Made by a program: the position numbers and the translations under genes. Positions 19,395 through 28,534 of a DNA stretch of 64,000 bases are shown piece by piece; position 1 is the stretch's first letter, and each line of letters begins with the position of its first letter. The stretch comes from an uncultured Planctomycetaceae bacterium. GTDB taxonomy: Bacteria > Planctomycetota > Phycisphaerae > SM23-33. The notes beneath the pieces are model-generated. The model was given only the letters and a program-made list of their open reading frames with translations, ran no database searches and was not told the origin of the DNA. The DNA is taken from assembly GCA_964631565.1 (NCBI GenBank), contig CAZVYJ010000008.1:12192-76191 (forward strand), in the 5' to 3' direction.

Positions 19395-20311
19395 TGACTG
19401 CCGATACCGAAAATTTTTCAAACGATGCACTGCCTCTGTCGCGCCCCGTCCCTGAGGGAAGGGTAATTGAACATCGCAAACTGCGCCTGGCGGACGGTTA
19501 CGAAACGGATATGTATATTCATGCGCCGGCCGGCGGTAAAAAACTGCTGCCGGTTCTGTATATGCACGGCATACAGTCGCATCCGGGTTGGTTTATCACA
19601 TCGGCTGTGAGCCTGGCGGAACGCGGCCATGCGGTCTATCAGGTGACCAGGCGGGGCAGCGGGCTGAATAATCGCAGACGGGGGCATGCAGGCTCGCCCA
19701 AATGTCTCCTTGACGACCTTGAAGCGGCCTGCCGATTTGTGCTGGAAGATACCGGCTCCGATAATTTCCAGAAAAAGCTTCATCTAATGGGCGTAAGCTG
19801 GGGCGGGAAACTGGCGGCCCTTTACGCCGCCAGGCCGGGGGCGAACGAGCATCTGGCGTCACTGACGCTTATCGCCCCGGGAATCGTCCCCAGGGTCAAG
19901 GCTTCCGTCGCGATGAAGCTGGCGGTTTTTGGTTCGTTGTTCGTAAACCCGTTTCGGTACTTTGACATCCCGCTGAACGATGTGAAACTGTTCACCGACA
20001 ATCCGGCGATGCAGCAATATCTTCGCGGCGACCGTTTCAGGCTGCATCGCGCGACGGCGAAATTTCTGTATGCCGATTATCTTCTGAACAAGATGCTGTC
20101 CCGCTGCGCAAAGGGAAGCCTGGAAATTCCGACAACGCTGCTGCTGGCCTCACGTGACAGGATTATCGACAATGCCGCGACCAGATCGGTTGTGGAGCAT
20201 CTTACCGGCGGCAGGGCGGTGGTAAGGGAGCTTGCGGGCTGCCATACACTGGAATTTGAAACAAATCCCGGCCCTCTGTTTGATGCGATTTCAACCGCGA
20301 CCTGGCAGTAA
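19394..20311 (+). CDS. Alpha/beta-fold hydrolase (lysophospholipase-like)
   Basis: HGIQSHPGWF oxyanion region. Nucleophile elbow LMGVSWGG (GxSxG). Confidence 0.7.
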   Translation: MTADTENFSNDALPLSRPVPEGRVIEHRKLRLADGYETDMYIHAPAGGKKLLPVLYMHGIQSHPGWFITSAVSLAERGHAVYQVTRRGSGLNNRRRGHAGSPKCLLDDLEAACRFVLEDTGSDNFQKKLHLMGVSWGGKLAALYAARPGANEHLASLTLIAPGIVPRVKASVAMKLAVFGSLFVNPFRYFDIPLNDVKLFTDNPAMQQYLRGDRFRLHRATAKFLYADYLLNKMLSRCAKGSLEIPTTLLLASRDRIIDNAATRSVVEHLTGGRAVVRELAGCHTLEFETNPGPLFDAISTATWQ

Positions 20312-20331
20312 GAACAAAAAACTTCCCGCCG

Positions 20332-21552
20332 TCATTTGCTGCTCTGGTAATGCGTATCGCGCCAAACCAGCTTCGCGCCTTTTCGCAGCTTTGAGAGCGA
20401 CATTATCAGGGCGATCATCGCTATTACGCAGCCGATGGAATATGACCAGGCGAGGTCGTATCTCGCGCCTATCAGCTTGTAGAAGCGGTATATCACGCTC
20501 ACCTGCAGTGCCACGCCTGCGAGGCCCGTCAGTCCGCATGCCCACAGCCAGGCTGCCGGCTCGAAACCCGCCGCAGCCAGCGGCAGGCAGACGGCGGCGG
20601 TGATGTAAGGCAGCAGGCCCATCGTCACAAGGACGGCCAGCGATATCGACAATCGCTTCAGCGTGCCGAATGTTCCGAAGAAGATGCGGCTCCATCCTCG
20701 CATTATCTGCCTGAACGATGTGTACATGCGAACCTTGAGAAGGCCGCTGTTACGGACGACCCGCAGGTTAAGGCCTGCCTGCTTGACGCGGGCGGCCATG
20801 TGCATGTCTTCGTTCAGCTGGTTTTTGACGGCCTCGTGCGTGCCGATTTTTTCATAGACGCTGCGTTTCATCAGCATGAACGCGCCGTTGGCATAGGCGT
20901 TGGGATAATCGGGCGAGTTGACCTTGTCGGGCTCGAACCAGATCATCATTATGCCGCTGCACACCGGCTGGACAACGTTTTCCCAGAAGCCCTTCATCTC
21001 AAGGCTTGGCAGGATGCTGAGCAGGTCGGAACCCTTGTCGAAGGCGTACTGCATCGCCGTCGAAAGCGTGCGGCGGGATGTCTGGCGGCAGTCGGCGTCT
21101 ATCATGCATATCCACTCGCCTTTTGAAGCGGCGATGCCGGTCTGCATGGCATTGTTCTTGCCGCACCAGCCTTCCGGCAGATGCGTTATGTTGATAAGCC
21201 GGACTCGCGAATCCTCGGCGGCGATGCGTTCGACGATTGCAGCGGTGCCGTCGTTGCTGCGGTCGTTGCAGACTATCAGCTCGAAATTAGGATAATCCTG
21301 ATCCAGCATCGTTCGAACGCAGGATTCGATGTTTTCCTCCTCGTCCTTCGCGGCGACAACCACGCTGAGCATGGGTGCGTTTTCGGGCGGACCAGCGTAG
21401 TCGGCGGCCAGCAGGAAACCCGTCCGCTTTTCACGCCATATCTTGAAATGGCGGCTCAGCCAGACCAGCGACACAAGTGAAGTAAGAACAAACAATATTA
21501 TCGAAACTGTCAACATCGTTCCGTCTTTCTCCCCGCCGCTGTCAAACGGCAA
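20332..21552 (-). CDS. Glycosyltransferase family 2, membrane-integrated
   Basis: LSVVVAAKDEEENI...LIVCNDRSNDGTAAIV...ICMIDADC are GT2 DXD-type motifs. N- and C-terminal TM segments. Confidence 0.8.
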   Translation of the reverse strand: MPFDSGGEKDGTMLTVSIILFVLTSLVSLVWLSRHFKIWREKRTGFLLAADYAGPPENAPMLSVVVAAKDEEENIESCVRTMLDQDYPNFELIVCNDRSNDGTAAIVERIAAEDSRVRLINITHLPEGWCGKNNAMQTGIAASKGEWICMIDADCRQTSRRTLSTAMQYAFDKGSDLLSILPSLEMKGFWENVVQPVCSGIMMIWFEPDKVNSPDYPNAYANGAFMLMKRSVYEKIGTHEAVKNQLNEDMHMAARVKQAGLNLRVVRNSGLLKVRMYTSFRQIMRGWSRIFFGTFGTLKRLSISLAVLVTMGLLPYITAAVCLPLAAAGFEPAAWLWACGLTGLAGVALQVSVIYRFYKLIGARYDLAWSYSIGCVIAMIALIMSLSKLRKGAKLVWRDTHYQSSK

Positions 21553-21555
21553 AAA

Positions 21556-21927
21556 CTACGCACTCCCTCTGCATCGCTGCAGGCCGAGCACGAGTTCCAC
21601 CTCGCCCACGTTAATGTCAAGCCTTCTGGCGATTTCGATATCGTCCAGGCCCTGGCCGCTCAGCCGGATTATTTCATCGGACAAAGGCAGACAGACGGTC
21701 CTGTCGGGAAAGCCGAGGCGGCTTTCATCATTCGAAAGCATCCTGTCCGCCGCCCTCAGGTTTTCTGCAAGGCGGTCTTCCAGTTCCCGCATTTTTCGGT
21801 CGAATTCATCAGTGTGTGCGACGGTGTCGTGCTTTGCGATTATCCGGATAAGCACCAGGGTTAAAACCAGGGACGTTGCGGACAAAAGCAGTGCCATTGA
21901 GATTACCAGCCAAATAAGCCACGTCAT
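21556..21927 (-). CDS. Membrane-anchored protein with C-terminal HTH-like segment
   Basis: N-terminal TM (WLIWLVISMALLLSATSLVLTLVLI). The C-terminal LSGQGLDDIEIARRLDINVGEVELVLGL resembles a sigma-70 region-4 / LuxR-type HTH. Confidence 0.45.
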   Translation of the reverse strand: MTWLIWLVISMALLLSATSLVLTLVLIRIIAKHDTVAHTDEFDRKMRELEDRLAENLRAADRMLSNDESRLGFPDRTVCLPLSDEIIRLSGQGLDDIEIARRLDINVGEVELVLGLQRCRGSA

Positions 21928-23102
21928 GCATTGCTCTCCGCACGGTAGGCTGCCTCCGCGGCAGAGAAAACTTCCTTGACCGGTACGTGGTGCGTCTCAG
22001 CTGCTGTGGCGCAGTCAGCGTACTCGGGCTGGGCCGTCATTGTTTTTGCGCCGAGCCGGCCGATTTTGACGCGGATCGGACCATAAGCCGTTTCGACCGT
22101 CTTGTGCTCGCGGCGGAGTTTGGCCCTGTTGCACTGCCTGCGGCGGATGCCGAAAGTCGTCGTTTCGGAGAAAATGATTTTCTCGATGGCGGCCGTGTCG
22201 GCTGCGTCGCAGATGGCGGACAGCATCCATCCCGGCCGGGACTTCTTGGCGACTATGGGTGTGGCCCATGCATCTAAGCAGCCGGCCGCGAAAAGTTTCT
22301 CGATGGTTGCGCCGAGAATTTCGCCGCTGCAGTCGTCTATATTCGCCGACAGTTCGATGACGGTATCCACGTCGCCCTCGCCGGCCGATTGGCCTATATA
22401 AACCCTCAGCAGGTTGGGCAGCGGGCCGTTGTTCTTGCTCCCGGCGCCGTAGCCGACGGCGGTTACGTCCATTTCCGGTATGGGACCGAAAGATTCCGCC
22501 AGTGTCGTCAAAACAGCCGCTGCGGTGGGGGTCGTTACCTCACCGTCTGCGTCCGACTGAACCGTTTTTGCGCCTACCAGCAGCTTGGCTGTGGCGGGGG
22601 CAGGTGCGGGCATCATGCCGTGCCGGCAGGTTATTGTGCCGCTGCCGACAGGAATCGCCGAGCAATACACGCGGTCGATATCCAGCAGTTCCATGGCTAT
22701 GCAGCCGCCCACGACGTCCATAATGCTGTCAACTGCTCCAACCTCGTGGAAGTGCACTTCCTGCACCGATATGCCGTGCACGGCGGCTTCGGCCTCTGCC
22801 AGGCGGGTGAAAATCCGGCTTGACCGGTCTTTAACCCGCTGAGGCAGGGCGGCAGCGTTTATCAACGAAAGAATATCGTCAAGATGGCGGTGGGCGTGTT
22901 CGTGCTCAAGCGGCGCTACCGTAAACAGCGTGCCGGAAAGGCCGCGGCGCAAAACCGTCTCGGCCGTCAGTTTCACGTTAACCAGTTTCAGCTTGGCGAG
23001 TTCGGTTTTGAGCGAGTTGAAATCGGCCCCCGCATTCAGCAGGGAGGCCACTATCATGTCGCCGCCGGCGCCGGCAAAACAGTCGAAATAAGCTATAGTC
23101 AT
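21924..23102 (-). CDS. larC: Nickel-pincer cofactor biosynthesis protein LarC (DUF111 nickel insertion protein)
   Basis: MTIAYFDCFAGAGGDMIVASLLNAG...FHEVGAVDSIMDVVG matches the LarC N-terminal domain. Start trimmed to MTIAY. Confidence 0.85.
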   Translation of the reverse strand: MTIAYFDCFAGAGGDMIVASLLNAGADFNSLKTELAKLKLVNVKLTAETVLRRGLSGTLFTVAPLEHEHAHRHLDDILSLINAAALPQRVKDRSSRIFTRLAEAEAAVHGISVQEVHFHEVGAVDSIMDVVGGCIAMELLDIDRVYCSAIPVGSGTITCRHGMMPAPAPATAKLLVGAKTVQSDADGEVTTPTAAAVLTTLAESFGPIPEMDVTAVGYGAGSKNNGPLPNLLRVYIGQSAGEGDVDTVIELSANIDDCSGEILGATIEKLFAAGCLDAWATPIVAKKSRPGWMLSAICDAADTAAIEKIIFSETTTFGIRRRQCNRAKLRREHKTVETAYGPIRVKIGRLGAKTMTAQPEYADCATAAETHHVPVKEVFSAAEAAYRAESNA

Positions 23103-23663
23103 ATGGCACATTTCCTGGTCGCAGGGAACCTGTCCAATCGGGGATGCAGTTTAGAACGCCGGCATGGTGATTGCAAGCGGGCAGCTGCGCGTCTCACAGC
23201 TTTAAAAGTGTCCGCGTGTGTCGGAATCGTTTGCGCGATATTTTTTCTCAGGCTTTTATTCGTGTGCACTTTCTTGACGCAGTTAGTGTTACGAACCGAC
23301 CGCGGTTGTTGGTATTTTTTTGAGGCCTGGATAATTTGATAACCATGATATTGGCGCTAGAATTCTCTTGAACGTTCGAAATCGTCCAGATGAGACGTTT
23401 GAGGGGTTTCGACGCTTGGAGTTGCCGCAGGGAGGCAGGCTTTTTAAGTGCCGCTTTTGATTGTTGTTGAACACACACGACTGAACAGCCGGCGGAGGCA
23501 CTTTGCGCTATCGGCGAGGCATAAAAAAATTGAAATCTGTAACTCGCGTTCTTTAAGTCGCTTGTGAGTTTATCCGATTGGATGTTGTAGAGGCTGCCAA
23601 GCCCCACAGTGGCCACAGAGGCCGATGGATGCGGTTAAAATCTGAAATATAAAGGATTTACAA

Positions 23664-23993
23664 ATGGTCAATGTTATCGGTGACAGCGTCGAATTCACGT
23701 TCTTTCGACCTGAAGCGTCGCAGGTTCATCTGGCGGGGGATTTTAACGGTTGGCAGGAAAACAGTCTGCCGATGACGCCCAGCGGCAACGGCTACTGGAC
23801 CGCCATCGTTTCACTGCCGGCAGGAGAGTTCAAATTCCGCTACTGTGCAGACGGCGAATGGTTTACAGACTATGCGGCATTTGGAGTTGAGCCGGGCAGG
23901 TTCGGACTGGACAGCATTGTTCGCGTGCCGCATAAAACTCTTCAGATTGTTCCGCAGACTCTCGTGGCCGCCGGAGATACCGCTGCCGCATAA
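23664..23993 (+). CDS. Glycogen-binding (CBM48 / AMPK-beta GBD-like) domain protein
   Basis: VEFTFFRPEASQVHLAGDFNGWQ...MTPSGNGYWTAIVSLPAGEFKFRYCADGEW is the CBM48/E-set early motif pattern. Confidence 0.6.
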   Translation: MVNVIGDSVEFTFFRPEASQVHLAGDFNGWQENSLPMTPSGNGYWTAIVSLPAGEFKFRYCADGEWFTDYAAFGVEPGRFGLDSIVRVPHKTLQIVPQTLVAAGDTAAA

Positions 23994-24024
23994 AAACAAC
24001 AGACTTTATCTCGCATAAAATCGG

Positions 24025-24060
24025 CCGGGAAGATCAATCTTCCCGGTCGTTTTCATTTTC
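24025..24060 (+). terminator. Rho-independent terminator (bidirectional; overlaps the scpB 3' end)
   Basis: Hairpin CCGGGAAGA-tcaa-TCTTCCCGG followed by TCGTTTTCATTTTC. Confidence 0.5.
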
Positions 24061-24756
24061 ATCAGCTTCGTCGGCGGCGTTTACAGTTTCAATCTGACAG
24101 ACCGGCTGTTCGACAGGCTCGTTTGCGGCGGGCTGAATTTCTTCGGTGGTCGGCCCGGCCGGTTTTGCGGCAGGGGCCGCGGAGGCTCCCACACGAAGTT
24201 CTTCGACGCGGGGCAGGTCATCCAGGCTTGGAAGCCCGAACACCTCCAGAAACCGCCTTGTCGTTCCGTAGAGCATCGGTCGTCCTGGCACATCGGCCCG
24301 ACCGACGATTTTTATGAGCTGCCTTTCCATCAGGCCCTTGAGCACCTCGCCGCATGCGACGCCGCGAATCGCTTCTATGTCGGCCCGGAGAATCGGCTGG
24401 CGATAAGCTGTTATCGCGAGGGTTTCCATTGCCGCCTGCGACAGCCGAGAGTCATTCCGAACGCTTAGCAGACGCGAGAGCACGTCGTGATACTGCGGCT
24501 GGGTGAGCATCTGGTAGCCTTCGGCGATGTTCTCGATGCGGAACGCCGCGCCGACTTCCTCGTAGCGGGCGTTCAGCGCTTCGATGGCTTTCTTTATTTC
24601 ACGAATGCTGAGTTCCGCCACCTGCGATATCTTGGCCGGCTTGAGCGGCGAGTCGCTGGCGAACAGGATGGCCTCTACTGTAGCCATCGCTTCGGCCAGG
24701 CCGGCTTCGCCTGCATCCGTTTCATGTGACGTCTGAGGTTCTGTTGAGTTACTCAT
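24034..24756 (-). CDS. scpB: Segregation and condensation protein B
   Basis: Tandem winged-helix ScpB domains: EAILFASDSPLKPAKISQV...RQPILRADIEAIRGVACGEVLKGLMERQLI. Acidic C-terminal tail. Confidence 0.85.
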   Translation of the reverse strand: MSNSTEPQTSHETDAGEAGLAEAMATVEAILFASDSPLKPAKISQVAELSIREIKKAIEALNARYEEVGAAFRIENIAEGYQMLTQPQYHDVLSRLLSVRNDSRLSQAAMETLAITAYRQPILRADIEAIRGVACGEVLKGLMERQLIKIVGRADVPGRPMLYGTTRRFLEVFGLPSLDDLPRVEELRVGASAAPAAKPAGPTTEEIQPAANEPVEQPVCQIETVNAADEADENENDRED

Positions 24757-24814
24757 AGTAGGCGTAACTTATTTACGCGCCTGCAGTCCATATCCAGCAG
24801 GAGCCGGGCCCGAT

Positions 24815-26587
24815 TTATTGATATTCCTTTTCGTTCACCGGATTTTGGCCTGGCTCCGATTCCACCACCGGCAGTCCCGTCGGGGGCAGCGGGTCGGCGG
24901 GATCGGCTGCCTTTTCAGGTTCGGCGGGTTCCTTTTCTTTTTCTTTCGTGGCGGGCGTCTGGTCTCCCGACTTTTCAGTATCATCCGCCTTCTTTTCTTC
25001 AGTGGCTTCTGATTTATCTTCAGACTTCGCTTCAGGCTCCTCGGCGGATTCGTCGTCTGCAGTCTTTGGAGTTTCAGGTTCTACTTCGACTTCCACGATG
25101 GGAGCCGGCATCTCAGGTTCTTCATCCGACTCCGTCTCGGGTTGCTTGGCCGCCCCTTCCTCTTTGGTGGGATTGGCGGATTCGCCGTCGTCGCTCGTTT
25201 TGTCGATATCAATCAGGCGGGTCGGACCTTCATTATCTTTATCTTCCGATTCTGCGGGTTCAGTTTTCGGTTCGGTTTTAGGCTCTGTCTTAGGTTCTGT
25301 TTTTGGTTCTTCTTTTTTTGGCTCTGCTTTCGTCGCGGTTTTAGGTTCGATTTTCGGCAGGTTGGTGATAACCGGTTCTGCCGGGCCTGGGGCCGGAACG
25401 TCTTTTTTGAGCACGACAACCTGCGTGGCGTCGACTATGTTGAGAGCCAGGCTCTTGTCGAACCGCACGTCGCCAAAAACACCGACCAGATCGCCGACAT
25501 AGCTGTCGAGGTCCACGTTGCCGCTGCTGCATTCAACGTAAGCATTGATTCGGCGGGTTTTGCTGTCCCGAACGACATATCTCTTCAGTCCAACCTTGCC
25601 GTTGTATATTGCACTGGCTGACAGGACGCCTTCCACGGAATAAGGTTTTTCCTCGATTTTTTCAGGCTTGATCGATCTGATCTTCGCCCGTTCGATCTCT
25701 ATTTCACTCTGTCTCTGCTCGCTCTTGGTGAGCATTTCGGCAGCCAGGCGGGCGTCTTCCTGCTTTTTGATGTAAAAGCGGACATAGCGTATTCTCTCGT
25801 CAAGCGGCGCCTTGAGGGAACTGCCTTCGGCGAGCTTGACGGCTTCGTATTTTTCCAGAAGCCCGAGCAGATCGCGATCGTTGAGGGGCTTGGCCATTTC
25901 CGCTCTGAGCTGCTTGTCCAGATCCGTTATTGCCGTGATGGCCGTCTTGAGCTCTTCGATGGTTTCAATGGAGACCGGCTCTGTTTTTTCGCTGCCGCCG
26001 GTCTTTTCAACCTTCTCGGCGCCTATCTTCGTTACAGGGTCTGTCTTTTTGGGTTCGGTGGACACGGCTTCGTCGGTGCGCTTGACGAAATTGGAGTGTA
26101 TCCACAGGTATGCTCCGGTCGGCGGTGCAATCTTGTAGAATTCACTGCCTGCCTTGTCGGTTATTGTTCCCAGAACGGTGACTTCGCTGTCGCGTGGGAG
26201 CCGGCCCTGCGACTTGGAGAAGACGACCTCTTTCATGGTCGTGCCGGCATATACGCGGACATACTCGGCTCCGATTACGACGCCGGTCCTGCCGTTTGCG
26301 TCAAGCTTGACGTTCGCCTTGGGGATAACGCTGAAGCAGCCTGCAGGCGGCTCTATTTTCAGCCACGTGCCGTCCGTGTTTTTGCCGAGAACGGTTACTT
26401 TGGTCGGCGCTGAGACCATGGCGCACTCGTAGCACCCGACAGGATCGATCGCCGGTCCGGACCGAACGTTTACGTTCTGGCCGACAACTTTACCCGTGTA
26501 TGGAAAAGTTTCAGTGTTGTTTTGCTGTGCTATTGCCGGAGTTGCTATCGCAACAAGGCACAATATCAAACTTATCCTGATTTTCAT
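24815..26587 (-). CDS. Secreted SH3b-domain protein with long acidic/Lys-Pro-Thr-Glu low-complexity C-terminal tail
   Basis: Signal peptide. Two SH3b-like segments (GKVVGQNVNVRSGPAIDP...; RLPRDSEVTVLGTITDKAGSEFYKIA). C-terminal PKTEPKTEPKTEPKTEP repeats and an acidic tail. Confidence 0.6.
   Translation of the reverse strand: MKIRISLILCLVAIATPAIAQQNNTETFPYTGKVVGQNVNVRSGPAIDPVGCYECAMVSAPTKVTVLGKNTDGTWLKIEPPAGCFSVIPKANVKLDANGRTGVVIGAEYVRVYAGTTMKEVVFSKSQGRLPRDSEVTVLGTITDKAGSEFYKIAPPTGAYLWIHSNFVKRTDEAVSTEPKKTDPVTKIGAEKVEKTGGSEKTEPVSIETIEELKTAITAITDLDKQLRAEMAKPLNDRDLLGLLEKYEAVKLAEGSSLKAPLDERIRYVRFYIKKQEDARLAAEMLTKSEQRQSEIEIERAKIRSIKPEKIEEKPYSVEGVLSASAIYNGKVGLKRYVVRDSKTRRINAYVECSSGNVDLDSYVGDLVGVFGDVRFDKSLALNIVDATQVVVLKKDVPAPGPAEPVITNLPKIEPKTATKAEPKKEEPKTEPKTEPKTEPKTEPAESEDKDNEGPTRLIDIDKTSDDGESANPTKEEGAAKQPETESDEEPEMPAPIVEVEVEPETPKTADDESAEEPEAKSEDKSEATEEKKADDTEKSGDQTPATKEKEKEPAEPEKAADPADPLPPTGLPVVESEPGQNPVNEKEYQ
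25262..25316. repeat. Imperfect 12-nt tandem repeats encoding (PKTE)n
   Basis: ggttcggtttta / ggctctgtctta / ggttctgttttt pattern seen directly. Confidence 0.5.
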
Positions 26588-26814
26588 GATATGCTCCTTC
26601 TCCTGAAGGTATATTTCCCTGCTTTTGACAATTCAGGACGGTAGCATTTTGCTCATCCCATGTCAACAAAACACCGCATATAGGTACTGGCCCAAAATCC
26701 GCAAAATGATAATAGTGAAAACCGCGGCAGGTGTACAGGTTACGCCTCAGTGCACATTTCGAGGGCGATGGGGGCGGGGAAAAGGCTTTTCAGGAGGAGG
26801 GAATGCAAAAGGCC

Positions 26815-27582
26815 CTAGCCGGGTATGCATACGGTAAATACCGAGCCTTTGCCCTCCTCGCTTTCAAAATAAATGTCTCCGCCGAGTGATGTGACGATAT
26901 CCTTGCAGACTGCCAGACCCAGCCCGTGGCCGCCCAGGCCTTTTTCGGGTTTGGTCTTGGTGGTGAAAAACGGCTCGAAGATACGATTCCGGTTTTCCCG
27001 CGGAATGCCTATGCCGTTGTCGCTGACCTTGATGACTATATTTCGGCCTTTGCGTTCCGCGGACACTTTAACGTGCCGCAGACCGCTGCTTTCGAGAACC
27101 GCTGCCCGGGCGTTGATTACCAGATTCAGAATAACCTGCTGCAGTTCGGTCCTGCGCGTAACCATCGTCAGGTCCGTCGGGGCCTCCAGGAAAAATTCTA
27201 TGCCGTCTTTCTTGGGGTCTCTGGCCATCGCCTCGAGCGTTTCAGCTATCATCTCGGAGATACGAACCTCTTCCGGTTCCGAGCTTTCCTGGCGTGTCAT
27301 GCCGAGCAGCGCCTTGCATATTGTCGATGCCCGTTCCCCGCCGTTTTCCGCCCGGGAAATCGCTTTTTCAACCAGATCGGGATTGGTTTTTGCCAGTCGC
27401 GCGTAATTTATGATAGGGGTGAGGATGTTGTTGAATTCGTGGGCCACCATCGCCGTCATGGTTCCCACGGTGGCCAGCCGCTGTGCCCGCCTAAGCTGCT
27501 CGCGAAGCGCCTCTACCTCCGCCTGGAGTGAAGCCAACTGCTCTTCGTGTGTACTGATTAGCGTATTCTGGGCAACATTCAT
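26815..27582 (-). CDS. Soluble sensor histidine kinase (HisKA + HATPase_c), no TM or sensor domain
   Basis: H-box MVAHEFNNILTPI. N/G1/G2 boxes VINARAAV...DNGIGIP...GLGLAVCKDIV. N-terminal coiled coil. Confidence 0.8.
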   Translation of the reverse strand: MNVAQNTLISTHEEQLASLQAEVEALREQLRRAQRLATVGTMTAMVAHEFNNILTPIINYARLAKTNPDLVEKAISRAENGGERASTICKALLGMTRQESSEPEEVRISEMIAETLEAMARDPKKDGIEFFLEAPTDLTMVTRRTELQQVILNLVINARAAVLESSGLRHVKVSAERKGRNIVIKVSDNGIGIPRENRNRIFEPFFTTKTKPEKGLGGHGLGLAVCKDIVTSLGGDIYFESEEGKGSVFTVCIPG

Positions 27583-27673
27583 ATCGTAACACCCTGGTAG
27601 TTAAAATGATGCATTCGTCTTGTAGACAAAGGACACCGCTTCACATAGATTATCGGTACAAGGCAAGCTAAAC

Positions 27674-27976
27674 TTGAGGGTTAAGATGACCGATATGGAC
27701 GTTTCCTCTCAACTCGCTGCGATTCTCGAACTTGCAGAATCGCTTGGAATTACAATTCGGCGTGCTCCGGCTGCGGGAGATTCTTCCGAGCATCCCGGCG
27801 GGGCGATGGTGCGTCTGAAAAATGAAGACATTCTTTTTCTGGATCCGACCGCCTCACCGGCCGACCAGATAAGCGTCGCAGCCTCGGCCCTGAGGACCAG
27901 GCGCGAGCAGTTGGACGGCATTTTCGTTCCGCCGAAACTCAGGGAATTGATAGAGGCGTCCGATGACCTGCCGTAG
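27674..27976 (+). CDS. Hypothetical protein
   Basis: 100-aa ORF divergent from the histidine kinase. Protein-like composition, no recognisable motif. Confidence 0.35.
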   Translation: MRVKMTDMDVSSQLAAILELAESLGITIRRAPAAGDSSEHPGGAMVRLKNEDILFLDPTASPADQISVAASALRTRREQLDGIFVPPKLRELIEASDDLP

Positions 27977-27995
27977 GCGGGTTTCAGGATTCAGA

Positions 27996-28030
27996 ATGTT
28001 TTGAGTTTCGAGTTTCGAGCTTTGCGCTTT
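27996..28030. repeat. Heptanucleotide tandem array TTGAGTT TCGAGTT TCGAGCT TTGCGCT upstream of acpS
   Basis: Seen directly. Four 7-nt units; same (A/G)NTTC-type core as the other arrays. Confidence 0.5.
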
Positions 28031-28063
28031 CTAACCCGACGCTTGCCTAGTAACATTTCCGCC

Positions 28064-28477
28064 ATGCGAATCATAGCCCACGGAATAGATATGGTTGACT
28101 GTGCCCGCCTGAAGGAATCCATCGATTCCCATGGCGAGAAGTTTCTTGACCGCGTGTTTACGCCTGCCGAACAGGAATACTGCATCGGCAGGAAGCGTGA
28201 GATAGAGCATCTGGCCGGCCGCTTTGCCGCCAAGGAAGCCGTGCTCAAGGTATTGGGCACGGGCTGGCGGGATGGCATATGCTGGACTGACATTGAAATA
28301 ACAAATGCACCTTCTGGCCAGCCCAGGGTGTCGCTGACCGGCAGATGCCGCGAAATCGCCGACGAGCTGAACCTTTGCGGCATACTGATATCCATCAGCC
28401 ATATTGAGACACACGCCATAGCGTCGGCCATCGGGATGGCCGAAGATTCGGGCGGCGCGCTGGGAATAGGAGACTGA
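28064..28477 (+). CDS. acpS: Holo-[acyl-carrier-protein] synthase
   Basis: MRIIAHGIDMVDCARL...FAAKEAVLKVLGTG matches the AcpS 4'-phosphopantetheinyl transferase signature. Start trimmed to MRII. Confidence 0.85.
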   Translation: MRIIAHGIDMVDCARLKESIDSHGEKFLDRVFTPAEQEYCIGRKREIEHLAGRFAAKEAVLKVLGTGWRDGICWTDIEITNAPSGQPRVSLTGRCREIADELNLCGILISISHIETHAIASAIGMAEDSGGALGIGD

Positions 28478-28534
28478 CGGTTTTAGATTTAAAAAAATTA
28501 AAACCGGAAAGTCTTGCCGCCGACCTTGTGAAAA

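Noticed and set aside
16851-19430. Long minus-strand ORFs (16851-18143, 18315-19430) opposite mrdA and rodA
   Set aside because: They are antisense to genes with unambiguous PBP2 (SxxK, KTG) and SEDS signatures. Their composition is Arg-rich and low-complexity.
23395-23440. GGGGTTTCGACGC segment resembling a tmRNA 5' end
   Set aside because: No downstream tRNA-like 3' domain exists: no T-arm GGTTCGAATCC-type element, no CCA-proximal acceptor complement. There is also no tag-peptide reading frame ending in a stop with the usual context.
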